This document shows, piece after piece, positions 39,586 to 49,512 of a DNA stretch of 64,000 nucleotides. Origin of the DNA: a virus; the IMG/VR virus record IMGVR_UViG_3300044691_000566, positions 1-64,000 of that record; one strand, 5' to 3'. The notes beneath the pieces are model-generated. The model saw only the letters and a list, made by a program, of their open reading frames with translations. It did no database searches and was not told the DNA's origin. Both the position numbers and the translations under genes were made by a program. Every line of letters starts with the position of its first letter. The stretch's first letter is position 1.

Positions 39586-40626
39586 ATGGCGCTCTCCCCG
39601 CAGGCCCGCAGCGAAGCCGTCTCCCTGATGTCCAGCGAGAGCAACTTCGAGCGCAGCGGCATCTCCGGCCAGCGAGCCAGCAAGTCCTCGCTTCCCCCTC
39701 GTCAGGGCGAGCTGCCCGAGGACGTCTATCGCGACCTGGTGGAGACCATCAGCCGGGACGACGTGTCCTACGTGATCTTCTCCTACCAGACCCCGATCGC
39801 CTGGGTGCACCGCAACGGCGCCGTGACGATGCCGGAGATCGGGTACTCCGCGACCACGAGCCAGCACCGGAAGATGGTCCGCGAGGCGTTCCCCGACCTG
39901 GTGAACGTGCGCGACATGCTGGCGGAGAGCCGGGCCGCCGCGTCGGTCACGGCCCCCTCGGCCAGCCAGTACGCCGAGCTGGGTGAGGACGACCTGATCG
40001 AGCTGGCCTCGGGGCTGGGTTCGCGGCTGAGCGAGATTCGTAGCGAGATGATCCGCCAGGACACCACGCTGGAACTGGTAGCCGTGGTCGAGGCCCTGAA
40101 GGCCCGGCGTGACGCCACCGCCAAGGCCCGGCACCGGATCGGCGAGTACCTGCGCCACCAGGGCCTCCTGGAGGCCAAGTACCAGGCGGCCCAGGCCAGT
40201 ACCTCGGACCACGCCAAGCGCACGGACAAGCAGCCCGATGAGGTTGTGAGCGAGGTCCGGGCCGATGAGTACACGGTTGCGGCCAAGCTCCTGCTGAGCG
40301 ACCTGAACCGCGTGGTGGGCCTGACCGTCCGCGACTCCAAGGCGGAGTTCTACGCTGAGCAGGAGGCCCGGCTGGCGCACTACCTGGAGCACCAGGGCAC
40401 CAAGCTGCCGGAGAAGCAGCGGGTGCTGCTGGCGTGCATCGCCAAGGGACACATCACCGCGTACAGCACCGAAGGCTACCGCCAGGCCTACGACACGAAG
40501 TGCGACACCTGCCAGCGCCCCGACGGCCGCACCGTGGGCGCCTTGGAGCGGAAGGGCTTCCTGGGGTCTCGCAGGGGTCTGGGCTGGAACTCCGGCTCCA
40601 CGCTGTGCCTGAAGAAGCCCAGTTGA
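39586..40626 (+). CDS. hypothetical protein
   Basis: YVIFSYQTPIAW...YS.TTS.H motif; cassette-led. Confidence 0.7.
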   Translation: MALSPQARSEAVSLMSSESNFERSGISGQRASKSSLPPRQGELPEDVYRDLVETISRDDVSYVIFSYQTPIAWVHRNGAVTMPEIGYSATTSQHRKMVREAFPDLVNVRDMLAESRAAASVTAPSASQYAELGEDDLIELASGLGSRLSEIRSEMIRQDTTLELVAVVEALKARRDATAKARHRIGEYLRHQGLLEAKYQAAQASTSDHAKRTDKQPDEVVSEVRADEYTVAAKLLLSDLNRVVGLTVRDSKAEFYAEQEARLAHYLEHQGTKLPEKQRVLLACIAKGHITAYSTEGYRQAYDTKCDTCQRPDGRTVGALERKGFLGSRRGLGWNSGSTLCLKKPS

Positions 40627-40791
40627 TAATCCCCGACCGGCTGGCGGAGATCCAGGAGGATCTCCGCCGGTTAGCCGTCGATCCGACCAGCGAGGGCATT
40701 CAGCAGGTCCTGGAGGACTGGGACGAGCGCCAGCAGATGTACGACAACACCACAACCGGCTGGAGCCGGGCCTCAAGCCAAGGAGACACCC

Positions 40792-41175
40792 ATGCAGGAT
40801 GAGCTGGACCAGACCCCCGAGTCGGCATTCAAGGTCGAGGTCAATGCCGAGGGGTTCGTGGAGGTGACGATGCCCCGCGATGTGTTTTTCGCCGGGGAGT
40901 CGCTTCCCGGGGACAACACGGTCCGGCTGTTCCTCAATGAGAAGCAGGCGAAGGAGCTGTCCCGCGCGCAGTCGGACTACTTCCTGACCACCGTGGTGGA
41001 GGCGGCCGAGAAGGCCGTCAGGAACCTCCCCAAGGACAGCGTGCGCCGGGATCTGGGCCGCGCCGGGATCAAGCTCCTGCGGCGCTTCCACGAGGGTTTC
41101 ACGGACCGGGCGAAGATGGCCGAGCACCTGGGGCACGCCCAGGAGGTCTTCGACAAGCACGTCCCGAAGAGCTGA
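40792..41175 (+). CDS. hypothetical protein
   Basis: AAGGAG RBS. Confidence 0.6.
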   Translation: MQDELDQTPESAFKVEVNAEGFVEVTMPRDVFFAGESLPGDNTVRLFLNEKQAKELSRAQSDYFLTTVVEAAEKAVRNLPKDSVRRDLGRAGIKLLRRFHEGFTDRAKMAEHLGHAQEVFDKHVPKS

Positions 41176-41309
41176 CTCCGTCATGAGCGTGTGAGGCTCC
41201 GCAGATCCACGGCGGGGCCTCACGACTTTTTAAAATCCCCCCTTGACGCTCCAACAATCCTGGGTGTAGAGTTGACTTTGTCAAGACGACGACTCCTCGG
41301 GAGGCCCAC

Positions 41310-41624
41310 ATGGCCGCTACTGCCACCGCGAACGTGATCAGCCGGTTCCTCGGCAAGCAGGGCTTCAAGCGCAGCGCGTACTCCACCACCCGCGTGCGGG
41401 GTTGGGGCCGCTGGAGCGAGGGCTACGAGGTCAGGACCATCAACGACCAGGTCCGGGTGGAGTGGAACCTGTCGAGCAGCCACCGGTTCGGCAACGAGAA
41501 TCCGACCGAGGCCAAGTTGGACGCCATGGAGAAGGCCCTCAACGAGCGCTACACGGTCACCCGCGACAAGGTCGGCATCTCGGACCGCGTGGTCCTGATC
41601 GTCACCCCGAAGGAGGCGCTGTGA
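41310..41624 (+). CDS. hypothetical protein
   Basis: Cassette-led. Confidence 0.7.
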   Translation: MAATATANVISRFLGKQGFKRSAYSTTRVRGWGRWSEGYEVRTINDQVRVEWNLSSSHRFGNENPTEAKLDAMEKALNERYTVTRDKVGISDRVVLIVTPKEAL

Positions 41625-42079
41625 CCACTCGACTCGGCAAAGGCCAGCGCTGGGTGCTGGAGGAACTGGACAGCGGCGACGGCTGCTGGACCCGCAAGTC
41701 GCGCTGGGTGCTGCACACCTGTGGCGGCACGATCCGTACGCTGGACGCTCTCGCCGCACGCGGCCTGGTGACCTGCCTCGACCGTCGTGCGGGCACGGAG
41801 AGGTACGAGATCACCGACGCGGGCCGGGCGATAAACCAGCAGCCCACCTCGGCCCAACTGGACTCGCTCCTGGTCATGATGGCCGAGGAGGACTTCGAGT
41901 GGCGCGACGCCGAGGGCGGCTGGTGGTGGCGCAGCCGGGACTTCACCCGTACGTGCATGGAGCTGCTGGTCCGGCAGGGCCTGGTCGGCAAGCACGGCAA
42001 GATCTACGGCCTGGGCCACAAGGGCCTGGAGCGCGCCAAGGCCAAGGGCTATGACCCCAGCGTCATTTACGAGGACTGA
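41621..42079 (+). CDS. tandem winged-helix-like protein
   Basis: Two copies of T...L..RGLV....Y.IT..G. Confidence 0.6.
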   Translation: MTTRLGKGQRWVLEELDSGDGCWTRKSRWVLHTCGGTIRTLDALAARGLVTCLDRRAGTERYEITDAGRAINQQPTSAQLDSLLVMMAEEDFEWRDAEGGWWWRSRDFTRTCMELLVRQGLVGKHGKIYGLGHKGLERAKAKGYDPSVIYED

Positions 42080-42106
42080 GCTGCGACAACGCCTGAGGAG
42101 GCCGCC

Positions 42107-42427
42107 ATGACCAAGATCGATGCCGCCGAGAACACCACCGCCCAGAACGAGTTCGCTGCCGGTCTGCTCACCCAGTGGATCGCTCAGCAGGCCGAGGTGA
42201 ACGCGGGTACGCGGCCCGAGTTCGAGTTCCGTGGCCTGACGGGCATGGACTACAACGGCTGGATCGAGCACCGCCACGGCTGGCCGCTCACGCCCGAGGG
42301 GCTGTGCGGGGTCTCCCTCAGCTCGTGGTGCTGTGACGAGCACGACGACGGTGAGGAGGTGCCGTGGCAGGAGTGCCCGACGTGCTCGGTCATCGTGAAG
42401 TGGTTCGAGGAGGAGCAGGGCAAGTAG
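42107..42427 (+). CDS. hypothetical protein
   Basis: GAGGAGG RBS. Confidence 0.65.
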   Translation: MTKIDAAENTTAQNEFAAGLLTQWIAQQAEVNAGTRPEFEFRGLTGMDYNGWIEHRHGWPLTPEGLCGVSLSSWCCDEHDDGEEVPWQECPTCSVIVKWFEEEQGK

Positions 42428-42534
42428 GGCGCCAAATGGCCGGAGATTCCGGCCATTTGGCAGTTGACGCTCCAACAATCCTTAGAGTAGTCTTGACTCT
42501 GTCAGGACGGAACACCGACTCCCCGGAGGCCCAC

Positions 42535-42960
42535 ATGGCGAAGCGGAACTACACGCGGGAACTGCTCCAGAAGCGCGCGAAGGGCATGACCATCGTGATC
42601 TCCCTTCAGCCCCATGAGGGCATCGAGGCCCGCTACGAGCCCCGCACCTCCCGGGACCCGATGCCCTGGACCGCCGACCTGCCCTACCGCTTCTCCGGCC
42701 GTGAGTGCCACGCCGTCCAGGACAAGCCGGTGGGCCGGTACAACCAGGACCGCGTCCTGGTGCTGATGGCGCGCAACGAGGCCCCCTACAGCTACGAGGC
42801 CGGGCAGCACGACTTCGGTTTCGACTACACCGACGCGGAACTGACCGCCATACTGCGCGCCATGGTGCGGGACGGCCTGGTGACACTGGAGGGCGCCTGC
42901 TTCACGCTCACCGTGGACGGCCTGGCCCGCCTGAAGGACACCCTCGGCGAGGCGGCCTGA
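42535..42960 (+). CDS. hypothetical protein with C-terminal winged-helix-like segment
   Basis: LRAMVRDGLV....FTLT.DG; cassette-led. Confidence 0.6.
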   Translation: MAKRNYTRELLQKRAKGMTIVISLQPHEGIEARYEPRTSRDPMPWTADLPYRFSGRECHAVQDKPVGRYNQDRVLVLMARNEAPYSYEAGQHDFGFDYTDAELTAILRAMVRDGLVTLEGACFTLTVDGLARLKDTLGEAA

Positions 42961-43655
42961 TGAGCACAGCGTTCTGGATCGCAGACGGTCTGACGTTGTG
43001 GCTGAGCGGGCGCTCGATCACCGGCGCTTTCCTGAACTGGCGCGGCATCCAGAGGGAGCTGTGGCCCGTGACCCTCGTGGTCCGGGCCGCAGTCCGTGAC
43101 CCCTTCAAGGACCCCGAGCCGGTCAAGCCCGACTACGACAGGATCTTCGAGCTGGAGCGGAAGCTGGGGATCGCGCCCCTCAGCCAGGTGGCCTCCGATG
43201 AGCGCCTCCAGGACGACGAGGAGCCCGATCAGCCCTCTTATCTGATAATCACCGAGGCGGACGTCATCAACTCGCTCGTGTGGTGTTCGGCGGCCTTGGC
43301 GTACCAGTACCGCACGGTCCCCCAGATGGTGGGCTGGGGCCGCGATGTGTACATGCTTACGCCCCACTCCCCGAAGACCGCGTGGGCCGTCCTGCGGGAC
43401 ATGCAGGTGTATGCGGGCCTGCACAATCCCCGGGGCTTTGAGGACTTCCAGTCCGAGCACGAGCTGTACGAGCGCTACGACGAGCTGCGGGCGGCCGTGT
43501 GGCTGTCCCAGGAGCGCGGCGACGCCCTGATGCTCGCCAACGCCCTCAGCCGCCTTACGGATTACTGCGCACGCCACCACAACATGCCGATGGGCCGGAA
43601 CTTCCCGTACCCCGGCGCCCCCAACTACGTCCCCTGGAAACCTGGGAGCCGCTGA
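42960..43655 (+). CDS. hypothetical protein
   Basis: TGATG coupling. Confidence 0.6.
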   Translation: MSTAFWIADGLTLWLSGRSITGAFLNWRGIQRELWPVTLVVRAAVRDPFKDPEPVKPDYDRIFELERKLGIAPLSQVASDERLQDDEEPDQPSYLIITEADVINSLVWCSAALAYQYRTVPQMVGWGRDVYMLTPHSPKTAWAVLRDMQVYAGLHNPRGFEDFQSEHELYERYDELRAAVWLSQERGDALMLANALSRLTDYCARHHNMPMGRNFPYPGAPNYVPWKPGSR

Positions 43656-43657
43656 CT

Positions 43658-43981
43658 ATGATCCCGCCAGAGATCCCGCCAGAGCCCGACCAGCCCGATG
43701 ACCTCCACGGTGACCACGACCCCTTCGTCACCGCCGCCCGGGTGTGGGCCGACCTGGAGGAGCTGCGCAAGGAGGGCTTCCCCGAGGAGTACATAGCCCA
43801 GGTCCGCACGACGCTGGACGATTTGATGTGCCGACATCGCCGGGTGCTCGTTAAGCAGTACATGCTGTCCCCCCTCCCGGCCCATCAGGACCCTCCGGCA
43901 CTGTCCCGGCGACTGGGCCTGTCCCATTGGGAGGACGGGGAGCGGCTGGCGGCCAACGACCCTGACAGGAGAAGCACATGA
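43658..43981 (+). CDS. hypothetical protein
   Basis: Operonic ORF. Confidence 0.5.
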   Translation: MIPPEIPPEPDQPDDLHGDHDPFVTAARVWADLEELRKEGFPEEYIAQVRTTLDDLMCRHRRVLVKQYMLSPLPAHQDPPALSRRLGLSHWEDGERLAANDPDRRST

Positions 43982-44307
43982 CCGATACGAAGGCGCTGAT
44001 CACTCCCGTGGAACGGGTGGATGCCGAGCTGAAGGAAGGCCTCACGGACGTGTTGAGCGATCTGGCCCAGGCCACTGTCCTCAGCGAGGAGGAGTGGGCG
44101 GAGCTGAACGGCAACCTGGTGAAGGTGGTCGAGGCGGCACAGGCCGTGATCATCGCCCGGCTCAAGACCCGGGCGTACGCGGTGAGCGAGAGCTACCGCA
44201 ACTCCGGCGCCGACGACACCCCGGACCAGGACGCCTGGGAGGACGCCGTGCAGGTGGCCGACCCCGCAGCTTACGACCCCATGTGGGTGCGGGGGTGGGG
44301 TCGGTGA
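43978..44307 (+). CDS. hypothetical protein
   Basis: AGGAG RBS, ATGA coupling. Confidence 0.6.
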   Translation: MTDTKALITPVERVDAELKEGLTDVLSDLAQATVLSEEEWAELNGNLVKVVEAAQAVIIARLKTRAYAVSESYRNSGADDTPDQDAWEDAVQVADPAAYDPMWVRGWGR

Positions 44308-44729
44308 GCGAGCCGGATCCCGGGCCCCCGCTGGTGCTGCCACCGGAGCAGCAGGACCTGTACGACCATCTGGTGCGGGTGCTGGAGATGTACCAGTCGT
44401 ATCTGCGGAGGAATGTGCCGACCGGTGATCTGGTGGAGGAGGCCGGTCAGGCGTTTCTCGCACTGGACGAGCTGGTGGCGCCGCTGAGGATGCCGGAGTT
44501 CGACACGGACACGGCGCAGGGTCGGCTGATGGCTGCGGTGGCCCGGATCAACCGGGAGATGCCGGGGGTGGCGCTGCGGACCCTGTGGAGGGTGCACGAG
44601 TATCTGAGCACCAGTGACGACGACGGCGTGGTGACCCGGGAGCGGGCGCTGGGCATCATTCAGGATCTGGGGCTGAAGGGGGACGGGGTGTCGTCCACCC
44701 GGCTGCCGGTGTTCCCTCCGCTGCCGTAG
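44304..44729 (+). CDS. hypothetical protein
   Basis: GTGA coupling; G/T-skewed codons. Confidence 0.55.
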   Translation: MSEPDPGPPLVLPPEQQDLYDHLVRVLEMYQSYLRRNVPTGDLVEEAGQAFLALDELVAPLRMPEFDTDTAQGRLMAAVARINREMPGVALRTLWRVHEYLSTSDDDGVVTRERALGIIQDLGLKGDGVSSTRLPVFPPLP

Positions 44730-44857
44730 GTGCCGTAGGTGTATGCCCCCTTGTGAATTGACTCCCCAGGAATCCTTTGAGTAGGGTCTTGATGGAGTCA
44801 ATGGCATGGGGCGTGTCCCGTGTTCCGTCCCCATTAATCCCTCCGAGAGGAGTCCGG

Positions 44858-44956
44858 ATGGCCGAGGAGAAGAAGCCCCCGCCCGTACCGCCCAAGAGCC
44901 CCACCAAGTGCTCGTGCACGCTCAAGGGCCAGTCGTGCCCTGCCTGCACCCCCTGA
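44858..44956 (+). CDS. 32-aa Pro/Cys microprotein
   Basis: GAGGAG RBS; MAEEKKPPPVPPKSPTKCSCTLKGQSCPACTP; below ORF-track cutoff. Confidence 0.55.
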   Translation: MAEEKKPPPVPPKSPTKCSCTLKGQSCPACTP

Positions 44957-44996
44957 CCAGCACCACACACAACCCTGTGAGACCGAGGAGAGACCC

Positions 44997-45128
44997 GTGG
45001 CCCTGAGAGGCGACGAGCACGAGCCCGTACTGGACGACCAGAGCAGTGACGAGGACGCGTCGGCCGGTACCCAGCCCGACCATCAGGACCCTGCCCCGTC
45101 CACGGATGAGACCCCGAGGCGGCACTGA
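44997..45128 (+). CDS. 43-aa acidic microprotein
   Basis: GAGGAG RBS, GTG start. Confidence 0.45.
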   Translation: MALRGDEHEPVLDDQSSDEDASAGTQPDHQDPAPSTDETPRRH

Positions 45129-45223
45129 TGACCCAGGAGCCCGAGCCGGAGCACGGTGAGACGGATGACCAGGCTCCGCCCCAGTGGGACGCTGAGCCCC
45201 ATCGGGAGGGATCTCACGGCTAG
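45128..45223 (+). CDS. 31-aa acidic microprotein
   Basis: TGATG coupling to previous microprotein. Confidence 0.4.
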   Translation: MTQEPEPEHGETDDQAPPQWDAEPHREGSHG

Positions 45224-45364
45224 TTGAGCTGCTGCTCACACCGAGCCCTCTGTACGACGTGAATGCCCCGGCCCTCGGTAGGGTCGGGGCATTCTCCTTG
45301 ACACTCCAACAATCCTATGAGTAGTCTTGACTCTGTCAGGACGAACCGACCCCTGGAGGCCCAC

Positions 45365-45730
45365 ATGGCGGAAGAGATCAGCGACAAGGACCGCATGGAG
45401 AAGGGCTACGACGAGCTGCGGGCGCAGGCGGTAGAGAGCCCGACCGAGGCGCGGAACCCGGTCGAGGAGTACCAGGCCAACCTGGAGCGCCGGGAGACCC
45501 AGGCCATGGACCTCACGTTCCGCATGAAGGCCCTGGAGGCCGCCGCGCACTTCGCCACCAACCCCACCTGGACGGGCGCCATGCACGGCAAGGTGGACCA
45601 CCTGGACGCCCTCAACGTGATCGCCATGGCCGACGTCTTCGAGGACTACCTCCGCAACGGCCGGAAGGGGCCCAACCCCCTGGAGGCCGCAGCCCGCAAG
45701 CGTCAGCCGTCGCTGTTCCAGGAACTCTGA
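45365..45730 (+). CDS. hypothetical protein
   Basis: Cassette-led. Confidence 0.65.
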   Translation: MAEEISDKDRMEKGYDELRAQAVESPTEARNPVEEYQANLERRETQAMDLTFRMKALEAAAHFATNPTWTGAMHGKVDHLDALNVIAMADVFEDYLRNGRKGPNPLEAAARKRQPSLFQEL

Positions 45731-45740
45731 GGAGACCGAG

Positions 45741-46193
45741 ATGAACAAGACCGCACTGACCATTGCCGCCACCCTGGCGTCCACGCTGGGCGGCATAGCT
45801 CTGGCGCCCCAGGCGCACGCCATGACCACCACGCTGGAGTCCAGGGCTTTCGGCGTGGCCCTGAGCAAACAGGGCGACCCGTACGTCTACGGGGCTGCGG
45901 GACCCAACGCCTTCGACTGCTCGGGCCTGACCTCGTACTCCTACAAGCGGGCGGGCAAGGCCATCCTGCGTACGGCGCAGGCCCAGTTCAACCACGTGCG
46001 GCACATCTTCTACAACCAGATGCGGCCGGGGGACCTGGTGTTCTTCGGGGGCGTGCGCTCGATATACCACGTGGGCCTCTACGCGGGCGGTGGCAAGATC
46101 ATCAACGCCAACACCGGCCACTACCGGGGGCGCAGGGTCGTGATCGCCCCCATCTCCGAGTACACCGGCACCCGCCACTACGGCCGGGTCTGA
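45741..46193 (+). CDS. secreted NlpC/P60 peptidoglycan endopeptidase
   Basis: Signal peptide (AQAHA); G.PYVYGA.GP..FDCSGL, PGDLVFF, HVGLY. Confidence 0.93.
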   Translation: MNKTALTIAATLASTLGGIALAPQAHAMTTTLESRAFGVALSKQGDPYVYGAAGPNAFDCSGLTSYSYKRAGKAILRTAQAQFNHVRHIFYNQMRPGDLVFFGGVRSIYHVGLYAGGGKIINANTGHYRGRRVVIAPISEYTGTRHYGRV

Positions 46194-46214
46194 CAAGAAG
46201 GACGGTCCTGCCAG

Positions 46215-46508
46215 ATGAATCAGAAGAAGACGAGTGCGGCGGAGCAACTCGCCAAGCTCTTCCACGACTCCTACGAGGAGCTGGCGCCCTCCCACGGTTA
46301 CGAGACCCGCGAGGCGTCCCGCAAGCCGTGGGAGGGCGTCCCCGAGAACAACAGGTCCCTGATGGTCGCGGTGGCCCAGAAGATCCTGGACTCCCAGGAG
46401 GACTCCGAGGACCTCCGCAAGCTCCGGGCCCTGGAGACCGCCGGGGTGGACAACTGGGACGGCTACGCGTACGCCATGTCGATCATGGACGGGGATGACG
46501 AGTTCTGA
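46215..46508 (+). CDS. hypothetical phage protein
   Basis: C-terminal LE.AGVDNW.GY motif. Confidence 0.65.
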   Translation: MNQKKTSAAEQLAKLFHDSYEELAPSHGYETREASRKPWEGVPENNRSLMVAVAQKILDSQEDSEDLRKLRALETAGVDNWDGYAYAMSIMDGDDEF

Positions 46509-46689
46509 TGGCGACGCCCAACATGCCCGCCGAGGAGTGGCCCGACCTGTCCGGCGACGAGCTGCGGCAGGTCGGGGAGGTCCTGAGGGGCGCCGACTAC
46601 ATGCAGGCCCACGAGGACGACGGGACGCCGGTCCCCGATCCCCCCCAAGTAGCCCACAACCCGCCAGAGATCACCCGGGAGGGTGCCGT

Positions 46690-47466
46690 ATGACGATCAT
46701 GGACAAGTTCGTGGAGCTGAACTCCGCCACCAAGTACCCGAGCATCGAGACGTACCACGTGCTGGGGGAGCGGGGCGCCCTGACCGAGGACGTGGGCCCG
46801 TTCGCCGGATACGAGGGCGATGCGCTCTTCACCGAGAAGGTGAACGGCACCAACGGCCGCATAGTCCTCTTCCCCGACGGTGATTTCCTCATCGGCTCCC
46901 GCGAGGAGCTGTGGTACGCCGACGGCGACCGGATCATCAATCCCTCGTTCCGTCTCGTGGAGACGCTCAAGCCGGTGGCCGAGGGTCTGACGGGTGACGG
47001 CACTCAGCACATCTCCGTGTTCTTCTTCGAGGTCTACGGCCACCAGATCGGCTCGGCCGCCAAGCAGTACACGGGCGAGGGCAACGTGGGCTACCGCCTG
47101 TTCGACCTGGCGTACGTGCCCCTGGAGGTCCTGGAGCTGGACCGCGCGAGGATCGCCTCATGGCGGCAGCACGGCGGTCAGCAGTGGGCCACGGAGCCGG
47201 TGCTCCAGCGGGTGGTCCAGGCGGAGGGCCTGACCCTTGCGCCGCGTCTGGGGACTGTACAGGCCGATTCCCTGCCGACCTCCGTGGCGGGCATGTCCAA
47301 GTGGCTGGAGCAGGTGTCCCAGTCCCTGGTGGGCCTGGACGCCAAGGCGAAGGGTCGTTCGGAGGGCGTGGTGCTGCGGTCCCCGCAGCGCACGGTCATC
47401 GCCAAGGCCCGCTTCGAGGACTACGAGCGCACCCTGAACCCCCAGCCGCAGCGCAAGCAGCGGTAG
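46690..47466 (+). CDS. RNA ligase (Rnl2-like adenylyltransferase domain)
   Basis: TKYPSI, motif I EKVNGTN, FEVYG, LFD, EGVVLR, IAK. Confidence 0.85.
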   Translation: MTIMDKFVELNSATKYPSIETYHVLGERGALTEDVGPFAGYEGDALFTEKVNGTNGRIVLFPDGDFLIGSREELWYADGDRIINPSFRLVETLKPVAEGLTGDGTQHISVFFFEVYGHQIGSAAKQYTGEGNVGYRLFDLAYVPLEVLELDRARIASWRQHGGQQWATEPVLQRVVQAEGLTLAPRLGTVQADSLPTSVAGMSKWLEQVSQSLVGLDAKAKGRSEGVVLRSPQRTVIAKARFEDYERTLNPQPQRKQR

Positions 47467-47591
47467 CCGTCCCCGCCCCACAGAGCCCCCAAGGGATTTT
47501 TAAATCCTTGGGGGCTCTGGTCTTGCGCTCCAACAATCCTGTGAGTAGTGTTGACTCTGTCAGCACGGCAACGACTCCCCCGGAGGCCACC

Positions 47592-47849
47592 ATGGCGATT
47601 GAACTCGCGCACAAGCCCGAGAACTCCAACCCCCAGAACCCGTACATCGTGATCAAGCACGTGGGGTCGGAGCTTCCCGAGTACATCGCGAGGGCGCCGT
47701 ACGGCATCTGGATCCGCACCGGCCGGGAGACCGCTCGTCCCCTCGGCTCCGGCCGGGGCATTGCGGACCTGGAGAGCGCCATCCGTGACGCCCAGTACCG
47801 CAACGCGAACTTCAACGCCCCCTCGGAGTCCGGCCAGATGTACGCCTGA
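47592..47849 (+). CDS. hypothetical protein
   Basis: Cassette-led. Confidence 0.65.
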   Translation: MAIELAHKPENSNPQNPYIVIKHVGSELPEYIARAPYGIWIRTGRETARPLGSGRGIADLESAIRDAQYRNANFNAPSESGQMYA

Positions 47850-47920
47850 TCCTCCCGAGCCCCCGGCGAACAACCGGGGGCCGCTCCTGCTCCGCCCAAC
47901 TGACTCCCCAGGAGGCCCAC

Positions 47921-48106
47921 ATGGCCGGTACCGCTCGCTCCACGGTCAAGTCCCAGCGCGGCAAGCTCGCCCGCTTCTCCGCCAACAAGGTCTTCATGTC
48001 GGCCAAGCCGTCCAGCAAGAAGATCTACATGCCGCCGCCGTCGGCCAGGGTGAGCGTCTTCCCCAGTGGCGTCGTGCGTGCCGGATCCTGCCTGGTGAAC
48101 CGATGA
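47921..48106 (+). CDS. small basic protein
   Basis: GACTCC..GGAGG leader. Confidence 0.55.
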   Translation: MAGTARSTVKSQRGKLARFSANKVFMSAKPSSKKIYMPPPSARVSVFPSGVVRAGSCLVNR

Positions 48107-48549
48107 CCGTCTACCGCGTCGTCCTGACGGCCATAACGGCCGCTGGCCGCCCTCTGCCGGACGAGTACCCCTTCGAGGTGGAAGTCGAGCAGTCCCCGCG
48201 ACACTGGCGCGAGGGGGACATGGTGACCGAGGCCATCACCCAGGCCGACAAGCTCTTCTACGCCCGTACCTCGTTCGTGTGCGGCGTGAAGCTGGGCGTG
48301 CGCCGGGTGGAGCGCCAGTGGGAGTCCGGCAAGGGCTGGACCGAGCTGGTCACCGCCTACCGGGCCACGCCGGGCACCTGGATCAAGCTGGAGTCCGTCT
48401 ACGACGGCCAGCCCTGGTGGGGATGGCGCTGTGTGGCCCGCTGGGAGCCCACGGGCGACGGCACGTGCCGTCTGATCACCACCCACGCCAGGAACCCGCA
48501 GGGGGGCGTCTACGGGCGTGACGACGTTTTCGAGAAGAGGAGGGTCTGA
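48103..48549 (+). CDS. hypothetical protein
   Basis: ATGA coupling. Confidence 0.55.
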   Translation: MTVYRVVLTAITAAGRPLPDEYPFEVEVEQSPRHWREGDMVTEAITQADKLFYARTSFVCGVKLGVRRVERQWESGKGWTELVTAYRATPGTWIKLESVYDGQPWWGWRCVARWEPTGDGTCRLITTHARNPQGGVYGRDDVFEKRRV

Positions 48550-48551
48550 CC

Positions 48552-48788
48552 ATGGTGGACACGATGTGGCTGGGCAACGCCGACGGTGAATACGTCGGCG
48601 TCGGCGAAGACCTGGACACGGTGATGGACGTGCTCAAGGCGGCCTTCGCCGAGGAGAAGGAGATGACGGACGAGGAGGCCGAGAAGCGCCTGGGCCAGGA
48701 CCTGAAGCTCCAGGACTATTTCGTCACCCTGGACGGGGTCCGGCAGCGCGACTACAGCGCAATTCGGGTGAACGTGCTGGGGAGTTGA
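48552..48788 (+). CDS. small acidic protein
   Basis: GAGGAGG RBS. Confidence 0.6.
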   Translation: MVDTMWLGNADGEYVGVGEDLDTVMDVLKAAFAEEKEMTDEEAEKRLGQDLKLQDYFVTLDGVRQRDYSAIRVNVLGS

Positions 48789-49043
48789 CACTTCAAGGAT
48801 TGGAGAATGCAGTGAAGAAGCCCAAGCATGCGGCCGACCGCTGCTACCGCATCTACGACCGCGACAATTCCGCGCCCCAGCACTGCTCCGAGCCCGAGGG
48901 CCATGACGGCCTGTGCGGGACCAACTGGGAGTGGTGCGACCGGTACAACGACGGTTCGTGTTTGCTGTAGGGGGTTGACGCTCCAACAATCCTTGTAGTA
49001 GTCTTGACCCTGTCAGCACCGAACGACTCCCCTGGAGGCCCAT

Positions 49044-49361
49044 ATGGCGCTCAAGCCCCTCTCCCGCAAGCTCGCCGAGCAGGCCCTCACCGCCGTCAAG
49101 GGCCAGTACAAGAGCTACATGGCGGACGGCGAGGAGTACGGCCCGAAGCTGGTCGAGGCGTGGGACGGCACCCACTGGGCGATCTGCTGGGACGAGGGCC
49201 CGTTCGAGTGGACGCTCAGCAGCCCCGAGGGCGGCATCGACAAGGACCTGTCGGCGATGATGGACCAGCTCGTGGAGACCCCCGCCGCTGAGGGCTTCCC
49301 CGAGGAGGTCTTCGCGGAGCCCTACTGTGGCTCGGTGCTGTGCCTGTACCCCAGCTCCTGA
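49044..49361 (+). CDS. acidic hypothetical protein
   Basis: W.I.W.EGP.EW...FAEP....VL.LYP; cassette-led. Confidence 0.7.
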   Translation: MALKPLSRKLAEQALTAVKGQYKSYMADGEEYGPKLVEAWDGTHWAICWDEGPFEWTLSSPEGGIDKDLSAMMDQLVETPAAEGFPEEVFAEPYCGSVLCLYPSS

Positions 49362-49373
49362 GCACCACAGCCC

Positions 49374-49485
49374 GCCGGAGCTGCGATCCCGGCACCCAAT
49401 TCCCGGTCGTCTACTTGGTGAAGACGCTCCGTCGGGCCGCACCCGGGGGAGGGACGCTGGTTCGACTCCGGCACGGGAAGCGCCA
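49374..49485 (+). ncRNA. mini-hairpin plus tRNA-like RNA without anticodon loop
   Basis: Acceptor TTCCCG/CGGGAA, D arm CGTC/GACG, T arm GCTGG-TTCGACT-CCGGC; anticodon arm replaced by extended hairpin. Confidence 0.75.
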
Positions 49486-49512
49486 GAGAACACCCGAGCA
49501 CAGGGAGCCCAT

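Noticed and set aside
465-41223. Very long minus-strand ORFs (465-3959, 9263-11371, 11577-13958, 15195-20498, 26810-29059, 38146-41223)
   Set aside because: Antisense shadows of high-GC3 plus-strand genes; no RBS or recognisable motifs, and they cross operon boundaries
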